NCBI RefSeq assembly: GCF_902459465.1
Contig: NC_047071.1
Coordinates: 4,340,001 to 4,404,000, forward strand
Reading direction: 5' to 3'
Length of the DNA: 64,000 bases
Origin: Asterias rubens
Lineage: Eukaryota
The position numbers and the translations under genes are program-made. Positions 28,901 to 41,500 of this stretch are shown here, in pieces; the stretch's first letter is position 1; each line of letters opens with the position of its first letter. The notes beneath the pieces were generated by a model, which saw only the letters and a list, made by a program, of their open reading frames with translations, did not search any database and was not told where the DNA came from.

Positions 28901-29485
28901 TACTCCGCGGTAGTAGAATACATGTTATAGCAAGACAAGTACTCAAAAGAACATACTTCCTAATCTATTTAGCAAGTGGATACACACCGCTCAAATATAT
29001 ATTGGCACCCCATCATGCAATGCCTCAAATCCCATTTTAGATGAGGATTTTTCAAGAATGACAAGATTTTAATGGGAACAAAAATTGCTCCCCCCCCCTT
29101 AATTTTAAAACAGACAAAAATTAAGTTCAAAATTGTTTTAATTACAATTAGAAATTGTTGATAAAATCTCCTTTGCAAATGAGTGCAAATGTAATCAAAT
29201 TTTAAGATGACAGCCAAAACGTTTGCTACTTTTTTCCAAGCTTACACGGAAATGCTGCATTTATTCCCTCCGGTATCTAACCATATAAGACCTACAATGT
29301 AGGAACATGCAATTTTAGCTTCACCAGGAACTGTGACCTTCCCCATTCAAATTGGCCACCTGTGTAACTCAATGTATTTCCAACCCAATACACAAATCTG
29401 TTTCATTGAGCCTTGGGGCATTGTTGACTTCAGATCATGTAAACATTTCACTTGGATTTAAAGGTTACCAAAAATTTCAATACAA

Positions 29486-29516
<31 letters not shown>

Positions 29517-32500
29517 ACAAACCCATCAAACACTTACAACCTTTAAACTTGACAGCTTGTTCTGTTATTAACTTGCTACATATATACAAAATTGCCACTG
29601 AGAAACATTTCCGTCTGAAATTGTCTGAAATACCGCATTTATGTGCAATCAATGAAATTCGCCCAAGCAGGAAAGCACCAACATTTACTAAAATTTAGAA
29701 AATAGCAAAGACATAATTTTAAAATAATGACACTCCACTTTTAACAAACAAACACATGATGTCATTTTTTCAAATGTCTCTTGCAGGATTAATGAGATGA
29801 TTGGTTCTTTTCCTAAAAACTCACGATAAAAAACTCTTCTTTGTATCTTTCCTGAGGATCACTCTTACAAATTCATCCAACAACAGACAATTTAACCACC
29901 ATGAACTGTGAACTGGTTAAGAAAGACCGTCAACAAGATATCATCACCATGGAAACAGATAAAATCAACCCCCGCTCCAATTGATAAAAGACTACTACTC
30001 TTTGGATGTGTATTATAGGATGCAAAGTACGGGTCATGTATGTCATTCCTATACAACCCCCCACCCCCCCACCCCCCCCCCCCAAAAAAAACCACAAACC
30101 CATCAAACACTTACAACCTTTAAACTTGACAGCTTGTTCTGTTATTAACTTGCTATATATATACAAAATTGCCACTGAGAAACATTTCCGTCTGAAATTG
30201 TCTGAAATACCGCATTTATGTGCAATCAATGAAATTCGCCCAAGCAGGAAAGCACCAACATTTACTAAAATTAAGAAAATAGCAAAGACATAATTTTAAA
30301 ATAATGACACTCCACTTTTAACAAACAAACACATGATGTCATTTTGTAAAAGTTATGTGCACTTTTGTCAGTTAAGACTCTTCTTTGTATCTTTCCTGAG
30401 GATCACTCTTACAAATTCATCCAACAACAGACAATTTAACCACCATGAACTGTGAACTGGTTAAGAAAGACCGTCAACAAGATATCATCACCATGGAAAC
30501 AGATAAAATCAATCCCCGCTCCAATTGATAAAAGACTACTCTTTGGATGTGTATTGTAGGATGCAAAGTACGGGTCATGTATGTCATTCCTACATTAGTT
30601 ATCAGTCATTATCTCATACTAATTATATAAATTCATGATTATTTGTCTTCAGTTCTTTAGTTCATTTTCTGCACGGACATGCACATTTTTTTCCCCTGTA
30701 ATTGTTGTCCGAGTTAAAGGTAAAAAATGCAAAATTCATAGTTACTTAGTTCTTGTTTCACAACATCAGATTTGTGGGTCAGCATTTGCACACAAATTTC
30801 AAGTTTTGTACTCCAAAAAAACCCAATAACATCACAATGGTTAATTATGTATCTTGGGATATTTGTGAGTGGGCACAACGAGATTGTCATAAACAACAAT
30901 AAGCAAAAATACCAACCAAAGAGTGTGTTTTCATGCTTTTAAAACATAAACATTTTTAGATAACATATTTTCTGTTCATCAGATTTATGAATTTGGCCCC
31001 GTCTCTGCAGACCAAAAACATGATAATTAGTCAGCAAATATGGGTGGGTAAGAAAAGAGTCACAAACATTGCCTAGCTACAAGAGCTTCTTCCATTTTTT
31101 TTAGGGCCACAGATAATTTTCCTACGCCACAACATTTCTTTGGAATAGTCTTCCTGTGCATATTCGTCATGCTAGTTATTTACACTGTTTTAGTCTATCC
31201 TAACAAAACTCATTTGTTTGAAGCTGCTTATTTGTAATCTGCTTATTTGTAATTTGTATCTTTCTCTCATTGTATATTTTATTGTTCTCTTTCAGCGCTT
31301 AGAGACTTTTGAATTAGGCGCTATACAAATGTCTTTATTATTATTATTATTATTATACAATTTGTGTAAGCAATAGTTCTTTAAAAAATGTTCTTTCGAT
31401 AATGCGACATGATCGATCAAAACAATTTTCTTTCACATTAAAAATGTTCTACTGTTTGTGAGTTCACAATATCTCTTGCACAAGGAAACGAAAACGCTAA
31501 TTTCAGGCACGCAACTGCCCGTTGAAAAAAAAAAGAGGAATATTTTCAAAGGCACAACGCAAGTGCGGAGCGAGGCAGCCGAAATGCCACGGGACATGAT
31601 ACCCACATTGGTACCCTAGAAAATGTTGAGGTTTATTATGCTCTTAGGTGCACTTTTAGCATGTACTAGGCTTATTTTACATGACTGTAGTTGTACACTG
31701 TTAATGCCAGGCATATATTAGGCTAAAAAAAGAAAATACGAAAAAAAAATCGATCGTTTTTTTTTTTTTTTTTTTTTTTTCACGTAAAAAAAACAACAAC
31801 AAAACGCGGAATTCCGCAGAAACGCGGAAGAGTTGCATGCCTGTAATTTACATTGACATGTATATACACAAACACAGACATCTTTTTGGTCTCATTCTAA
31901 TATAAGGAATGTTGACTTATTTTGTTTTCATAACTCGATCGGATTCCGTCGGCATGTATGGGCAAAATATGGGTCAATCAAATCACAAATATCACATTAC
32001 TTTATACCCACCCATGAAAAATTGGTGTGTTAGATATAATCTTTTAGTGCATGCTCAATTGAATCTTACCATTAAAGGAACACGTTGCCTCGGATCAGTC
32101 GAGTTGGTCTATGAAAAGCGTTTGTAACCGTTTGTTATAAAATGCATATGGGTAGAAAGATGTTGTAAAAGTATAATACAATGATCCACACAAACATGCC
32201 TCGAAATTGCAGTTTTCTTTTTACCTCGTTGACTCCCATAAATGGCCGACCGTGTTAGTTCGCAAAGTAAAAGGAAAACCATGCAATTTCAAGGCAAATT
32301 TGTGTGGATCATTGTATTCTAACAAACTGTTACAAAAGATTTTTTTTTTTAGACCAACTCGTCCAATCAAAGGCAATGTTTTCCTTAAATGGTTGGAAAA
32401 AGCAGCTATAGATGTATATATACTGACATGCATGGAGGTACGCTGTGGAGCAAAAGTTATACAAATCCATTTTTTAATAATAACTGTTGGCATAATCCTA

Positions 32501-35500
32501 CATTTTTGCTTGACTAACTGTTTAATAATTTCTTAATTTTTTGACATCTGAAGCGATATAAAGGAAAACTGCCAGCAGGAAAGAGTTCTGGAAATCTGTT
32601 TCTCTATGTTTATTTTCCCCATTGTTTCTTGAGCGGATATTATTAATTCTTAATTTGGATTGGTTTGGCAATTAGGACATCAAGACGGCCTGGCGACTTC
32701 AGACTGAGCTCATTAAAATAAACTTCAGGGAATGCGACCAAACAAAAACAAAGGGACCCAGTGACAGTCACATGAGAACCTTGTAAAACAAGACAAGATA
32801 AATTAATAACTATGAGCTTTTTTTGAGTGAGTAAACTGCTTCCGCAAAAGGTAAAGGTTTCTTTTCGACGCAAAATGTTACTCAAACCACACAGGTTTTT
32901 TTTTCAAGGGGTTATTTAAGCAGAAACTATTGCTTAAACAAATTGCTGCTGAGTAAATCTACTGGGTAGGAATTACCTGTCACAGATGGGGACATACTAT
33001 TTTGGTTGGTAACATTTTAGTGGTAAGCGAAATCATTCTTTGAAACTGTTCTTCTACATAATATTGCATATATGTGTTGGACATACTTGACTACATCTTG
33101 ACATACATAATCCAACAACCAAAGGGATTAATGAGTATTTCATTTTATTCATATTGCATTCATTTATTAGTTTTCCTCAGGCGAAACTGTTTTTCAGTGC
33201 AAGTATTTGAATTGCAAACCATCAAATGAATAATAGCGTATTCAATGAAAGGCTTACAGACAAAGCTACATGTATGCTGCTATCTCATCTCAACAAAGCC
33301 CTTACTGTCTACACCTACTTAAATGTGCTTAATTGACGTTTTTGTTAAAAAGTGTGTTTGTGAAATAAAAACACAAAATGTAACAGCAACTCTGTTCTTC
33401 TAGAAATTTTTTATGAATGAGCAACAGTACTGATGAACAACCACTGAGATAAATATTTTCACAGGTGCATTCTCTTTTTTTTTTATTATTTGAAACTTGA
33501 AGTTTAAAATTTCTGCCTAAGCCACTGTTGAAAGATTATATTTGCTAATTTAGAAATGTACTCATGCCTTATTTTTACCAAGCGTAATATTATCAATTTT
33601 ACAGTATGCATAGTGACAAACAACATGTTTTTAATAACTAATTGAATATCTTGCCTTGGACTTTAATGAGTGCAACAGCCTTGGTCTGTCAATTCTCTCT
33701 CTCACTGTAGATGGCTTGTAACCCTTATTTAATACAATGGAAATTATGCATTCATCACAAAACAATATTCAAAGGCAAATATTCATGATACCCTCTCTTT
33801 TGTTGTGCTTGCCAAATTATCTACTCCAAATGTCATTTGCAAATGAGCAAAATGTAGATCGGTTTAAAGTTGTCATCTAAAGTTTATCACAAGTTACAGG
33901 AAAGGTTTGACATTCATCATTAATTTGGAAATTAAAAACATATCATTGAATACTTTGGGTACAAATTTGACATTGAACTAACACTCCTTGCCAAGAATTT
34001 TTAATTTTCATGCACGACCTCACTCACGTTATCTTTTTTCTTGAAGAATTACTGTTTTCTTCTTGAAGAATTACTGTGTATGTAAGAATATACACAGTAA
34101 AAGCACAATGAGTCTTCTTTTTTATCTGTAATGTCAAGGTTTTCCTAATCCCTGTACACCATTCAGCCTGGAATAATTAGAGCTCCCTTGACATGGGACC
34201 TTGACTTCAGTAGTGCTTTATAGTGTAACATGAAAGGGTCACCTTCTAACAACTCCCTGCAGAGCATCCTTTGTGAAGATAGTGACACAAGGTTGAATGA
34301 TACCGATTCAACGGATCCTTTTATTGGTAATTCACAAGCCAGGGCTGAAATCATCAAACTCTAACACACCCAAACAAAGAGCACCAAAAGGCTGGCTCTG
34401 GATTTAGTCTTTCTTTGTATGGAGAAAAAGGGAGTTCGTTCAGAATAGGAAAAAATTACAAAAGTTATTCACATAGACTATATAAATTCATTTAAAAAAA
34501 TACACACAAATCTGCATCTCTTGAGTCAATACCCACCAAAATGTTAAAGGTCTTTTCGAAAATACACTTTACAATTTAACCTTTGAATTTAAAGTGCGAA
34601 CTCACAATTATAAATGTCACTTTTCATTTTAGTTTACCAATCAAGCATTGCTTTTCCTTTTCAATAGATACATAAAGGTAAGCGTTAGAAATATTTTTAA
34701 TCATCATTAGTTACTCCTGCCACGCATCTTTATAAAAAAAAATTTTTTTTTTAAATATTTAAAAAACGATTCCGAGATCTCAAAGAATCTTGGATTATAA
34801 ATCTCAATTCATAAGCTCTTTGATGTGATCCACACAAGCAACCTTCATCATTAAAACCAGTCTCCAGAGAGCATACTGGAAATCAATAGGCTCTTATTAA
34901 TCAGAGATAGTTTGTACAGCTTTCTTGCCATTTTCAGCATACCTGGCACTGTGTAGCAAAATTTTCAATGGACTACCTCAGATGGTGCCATGATGCCTTT
35001 TTACAGGGCTCGAGTTTAGGGGTGGGGGAACCTACCAGATCCAATGGCTTGCATTTATTAACAAGACCAGGAATTTTTGTGTACAATGAGAATTGAAATG
35101 AGAAAAGAAAATTACCAACACAGTTCTTACAATTCAACTGTTTGAATTTGAAAAGGTATATAAGATCAGATTTACCTCATTTGTTTCATGGGTGTAAAGT
35201 AAGCTTCAACAATCAACATGTTTAATCAGACTAAAGTAAAAGACAACATTTTGAACACAAACACAAGACCATCGAACTTATCCAGTCATGAGTATACAGG
35301 CTTGATGCTAAAATCACTGGCTTCATTCGGGGTTGTGGTCCAGTGTAAAATTCAAACCCTATTACACACGGTGCAACTTCATGTAGCCTGTAGACTAGAT
35401 GCCCCAGCAGGTAGTGAGCATTCTACAATATGTTTCATTTTGTTCTCTTGTTGTTGTTTCCCGTCTATTTGTGAGGGGGTTGGGGGCGCGCACCAATCTT

Positions 35501-38500
35501 CATATTTGTTTACCCTCCAAGAAAAAAGCCAGCTGTAAATTTGGGACAATCTTACACAGCACTCAAGGGAAGTACTTTTTCATATATTTGTGCAAGAATA
35601 TAAAATATGCTGGAGGGGGGAAGGGGTGGGTTCTCTATAAACTCGGTATACAAAATTGTTGAGGCAGAATTTTTTTTCGACGAATTGTCGCTTCAGTTAA
35701 CAAGCAGTTTTGAAGGAAAAGGAAGTCAAACTGCCAGGTCTGTTTCATTCTTTTTGCAAGATCTTGAACTGGTACATCAACTATGTGAACTGTACACTTA
35801 ACTTGTTAATGAATCAGACATTTTCATTTTTACAATATGTGTCTAAATTTAAAGTTACGTAACTAATATGCTTTTTGAATGGTACGTACGCTAAAGGTAT
35901 TTTTCTTTAACTGATGGACTAAATGTTAAGTAAGAGATGACAAAAGCCTTCAATTACATATAAACTTTTAAGTCTGCATTACATACAAGATTATGGCCTG
36001 GATGCATTACATTACAAGATCATAGTTTGGATGCTTAAGACCAACAGCATTCACATAATACGCAGGCCCTTTAAATATCTCCGCAATTCTTCCAGTTCCA
36101 GGCCATTAGGCAACAGCAGCACCCTTAGGATAATGGGAATTTGTTTCACAACTGCATGAAATGATTATTAAATTAAAACACACTTGTTCCCAAGAGCCTC
36201 CAATCTACTCACTTCTATGCAAAGTGCAACACCAAAGAACAAAACAAAATAAGGAGGGGGCGGGGGAGCATGTGTGTGTGTGTTAACAACTCTCCTAGTG
36301 AGCTCGGCCATTTACCCACGTTCTCACACCACTTGCGGGCAACTTAGGACGACATACTAGATCTTTAAATGTCAGTGCAGGCCTTTTTTGAGGGTGAAAG
36401 TACATTTGATCGATCACTCAAACCGTGTGCCGAATAGAAATTTGCCCCATGGTTGGCAGAAGAACGGGGTAAAGGTACGGTGTACTTCATGCAGAAACAA
36501 TACGGGACAATTCGGCCCGAGAAAATTTCTACTAAGTCTTGGGATGACTTGAAATTGGGTAATGCGGCAAGGAACTTTGTTTCAAGCTTTATTAAATGTT
36601 ACTGACGAATTTGTGCATCAATGCGGGAACAGCAAGAAGATTTCAGCTTGTCACTTGTAAAGATGTCTAAGCTTTGAGCCATGTTTAGAAATATCCCTGA
36701 TTCTACAGAATTCTTTTAAAACATATGTCGTATACGACTAAATTATTATGGTTAAAACTTACCATTCTACCTTGTCCTCATGTTAATTTTTTAGAAAACT
36801 TTAATGAGAAAAGAAGCTAGACCAATTCACCCTAAGTGACATGTCAGAATCTATCCATTTTCCCTCCTCATCAGTAACACAAGTAATTTAAGAGCCATGA
36901 TTGTAAAGGAAGCGATTTAGTAATCACTGCAAAGAGTAGGCTTGGTTCAAGGCTCTCCCGCTATTCATATTTCACAATCCATTGCTGAAAGAGGGTGTTA
37001 TGGATCTTGGAACACGAGCAATCATCTTGAACCAAGACTACACAAAGAGGGGGCAGATGATTGAAACGTCTATGTGGCTTCTAGTCTAACAATCTGTGAT
37101 CTCTTTCAATAGAAAGGAAACTGCATATCAAAGTGTGCTTCCTTTTCTTGCCTGGTCACTGCAGGGAAATGTTACCACACAGGAAATCATTAACAATGTA
37201 AGAATGGACCTGCCGACCATGGGGTTCTTCCTATTATGAGAGTCTTGTATTGAATTTACCCCAAGCTTAAAGGTTGAAGTTTAAAAAATTAGGCGAAACC
37301 CCTTTTCACATGACAGCAGTTTAACAGGGATCCTTTGCTTATTGTATACAAGGTTGTGAAATTGTAAACAATGCAACTCAAAGGAAAACAGTGTTTCTCT
37401 CCATACAGGACAGTCCAAACATTGTTGTTCTTTCACACAAAGTGCAATTTGTAAAATTTCACAACATGCTCAAATTGCAGCAAGGGACCCCTGTCAAATT
37501 GCTGCCATGGATGTATGTACTTTTTGTACTTTTTGTTGGACAAAAAACACAATGTCCACAGATTTACACTAAACTCACACAGTTCAAAGATAATGATAGT
37601 AGAAAGCTTCCCTGAAAATATTACGTGCCGAGGTGGGGTAGTTTTTGAGAAATGGGTAAAACAATGTCATGAAAATAAATTTTGTCTCATGAGACGAAAA
37701 CTATTTTAAGCATGTACAAACGTAATTTCATGACATTGTTTTAATCATTCTCTCAAAAACTACAGCACCTCAGTAAGTAATATTTGAAGGGAAGCTTTCT
37801 TATCTTCAAACCCTGTAAGTTTTTAAATGTAAATCTATGGACATTTTGAAAAAGTACCCAAAATCCTTTAACACAGTAGAACTGGATACAATACAAAAGT
37901 ATTGTTTTGCTGTACAGTAGAGCTTGGGGATATTTACCTTCAATAACAATCAGGAAAAAAATTTGTTTAAAATTAAACAAATATTACAAATATTCTTTTG
38001 TCATTTTGAAAGGTTTGGACTACAGACAATTTTGTCATTTTGAAAGGTTTGGACTACAGACAACACCATGTACTTACCAATTTGATGGCCACATGTTCAT
38101 TGTTGTATAAATTTTTACCTGCAAAAGATGAACAAGAGATTATATTAGAGTTTTTCAAAAGGTTTGAAGAAAGAATCTACAATAAAGCTTCACTCATCCT
38201 GAGCTAGACTTCTTTACAGAGTGTTTTTTAGTTGTTCATGAATTGTCACAATGTTCTGTTGTTTTCCCCTTTTGGATTCAGTTGCGAGTAGACTACAAAC
38301 TACACACAGTCACACTATTTACTGTTTATAGGAAGAGATTCTACAGTTCGTGGTATTGCTTTAAAATACCAGTATGTTAATAAATGTTATTGATATGAGT
38401 TGAATATCACCAGAATTATCAAATAATTCAAAATATCAATACAGTGATTGATATCAAAACAGTAATTGATATAAATACTGATCACCCTCTGCACCATTTC

Positions 38501-41500
38501 GAGGTCACTTCAATGGGCGTACTTTGGGTGTACTCCCGCTGTTCCACACTTTAGTTCCACCCCATGTTGTCTGTCTGTGAACTCATTGTTGTTAACCAGA
38601 CACACGGAGAAGCAAAGAGGTTAACACTCAAGCAGAAAATACTGATTCATTCATACAATAGTATAGAACAATAAGTCTCTTGGGCACCACCTGAACTATT
38701 ACATTGAATAACGTACTTGAAACTGTTTATTATTGTACAAAAGCACTTGGATGGATTGTACCCTTCAAGAAGCGTTTAAACAAAAGCCTTTAAACAAAAG
38801 CCTTTAGGGGTTGTTCAAAATTGATACAAATTTATATTAAAAGTTAAAACACAGAACTTTCTGACTAAACACTTGTAAAGTGGTTCGCTTTTGTAGAGTG
38901 CACTAAATGGACAGCCTCAATAACAAGTATGCATCTGTACTTGACAAATATATCCACTGGAAATTCTTTATCAAAAGAGCAAGGTTACGTTTCCTTGATA
39001 AATGGCAAAGTTGTCATCAATTCTAATGTGCGTAGCTTTATAAGGAGAACCAAGGACATGTCCAGACAACATCATCCTTGATCTCCATAATATGTCATAA
39101 AAACCCAACACAACAACAGTGAGGGGTTGATGAGTCAAGGAGTGTTCATTCATGACTTTTTGTGAGTCAAAAACATCTTATTTCCCACTGTTGGGTTATT
39201 TTTTCCAGTTGTGTTGCTTTATTTGTTAATTTTGTATTAGTTTTAAGATTATGTTTTACCATAAATAAGGTCTTTGTAAGTAAGACTAGACTTCTAAAAT
39301 AAGAACACTCTAAAGAAAAAGTGGATGAGTGAAATTCATGCAAACTTTTAAAAACAATCTTTATTATCATTGTACCCAGCTACTGACACTGTACTGCATA
39401 TGTCTGTATCCCTGCAGTGTATTATATTTATGGGAGTCATAGTCACCTGATATTTTGATAAATAAACCATGACTGGGTCATGCAATATGAATGGAAACTT
39501 TCAACCTAATGACTGATTCAATCTCACCAACAAAACCTATAAATTTGTGCTCACTCAAGCAAATTACTCATGGGTTGTTGGTTTCATAAAATACACGCCA
39601 TATGCCAAGAGCAACAACAATAATATATTCCCTCTCATTCACATTAGAGTAATTATTATTATCATTTCTACTTTCAATGCTGTGACATGTGTAACACATA
39701 AAACCCAATCCCGCCACCCCAACTACCATGATACAATCTGTTGTTGTCATTGTCAATGGGAAATCTAGACCAGGTACCAACCAGTGATATATCGGCGTCC
39801 CGCCTCGCTTATCGCGTCCTCTAAACAAACCAACACCCAGGCAAAGTTCACCTCCGAAGGCAATAATGAAAACATAGCCTGGTGCTTTTATGAGTGGTTG
39901 GTAATGATTCAAAAGCCAGTCATGAAAGATGACAAACAATAATGGTCCATGGTGCCGTGTACTGACCAAGCATTTCTGTCAACAAATCATCTGCATGAAA
40001 TCTTACATCATCAACTATATTTTTAGTATGGATCCATATTTGTTTGAATTCTAATAATACACCTAGGTTTTATAGTGTTGGTCAACATTAGGGCCTATAT
40101 GTAGGCCAATAACATTGTTAATCAAATCATGCAAACTCATTTACATAAATTTAACCAATGTTATGAAAAAAACAGCAAATATCCATGGTAGCACCACTTG
40201 TTACCATATTAAATGGGATGCAACTTTTTATAATTGATTGTATTCTACAGTCTACATGTTGGACACACTCGGTTAAAACCCCCCAAAAATCCCTGAAACC
40301 TACCAAGTGCTAGGGACTGACTCACTATAAATGATACTATTTTTATAAATAACCAGGGGCTGCCCTTAAATTGTTCAGTCACTAGCAGTCCTTTTTAGTT
40401 TCAATTTTGTGTTGCTGCAAGCTAATTAGATGCCTCCTCCACCAATAAAATAATTATTATTTTAGGCCTAATTTTTTTTTTTAAACTAATAATAATTAAA
40501 AATCAAATAAAAATGATGCAAGCATACCAAACAAAAAATCTAATAAAACATTTCTTTTTAATAATAGATTTCAACATTAATCCTTGTTTTGGAAGTGGGT
40601 TGTTAACTTGTTTACAAGTGTATTTACCTGATCTGTGGATTGATGTGATACCGTATGCTATACATGCTCTAATTAAATCATGCTTGATACATGGAAACAG
40701 ATCATTTTTTGTGCATGGGTTACTGTCATGTCACAACGGTAGATGGTGTGGTACAAAATCTAGGCTTTGATATTCAACAGGCATCAATCTCTACAGAGGA
40801 GGGACATGCATACTGATCAAGTGCAAAGAGGAGTGTTTACTGACCAAATAATCCAATCGCAATACAGCAACATAAATACAACCACTATTGTACACGTATT
40901 AACTTTCATTTGTTTTAATCAGCATTCTCATGATTCATGGTCATTGGTTTCTTAAAATTTTACCATGAAATTCATTAGGAATAATGAGATTAGACACTTG
41001 AAATCCTTTTTTTTAGACGCATTGACCACAACTTAGGAGAAAAACGTCCCAGGCAGAGTGCTAGTGTCTTTCTGAACTGTTAGCATCAGATCTGTTCATA
41101 TGTACTGCACATGAGACAGTGGGAAAGCCGTTATAGTGGTGAAAGCTGTTGTAATTGGTGTGTCCTTATTGTTGGGATCAACCCTAATTATTGATCTACT
41201 TCGCTGTATTCTATATTTTACTAAATCAATCTGCTTAGCACTATGTCGCTAGTAAGCTCTATGACATTGGACTATCGCTGTCTGGCCAGGTCTAGCAGAT
41301 GAAAGGGAAAATAGACTGAACAACAATATTTTGACAATCCTATAGATGGATAGTACATGACGTCATTGACGACCATCTTTGATGAAAGTGCATGCGTGAA
41401 AGGCTATCATTAGCTGAGAGTTGGGCGCAGCGCATATGCACTTTTCCATTGTTTACTTCAAATATGGCGGTCGATGACGCTACGTGGAATCCATCTATTG

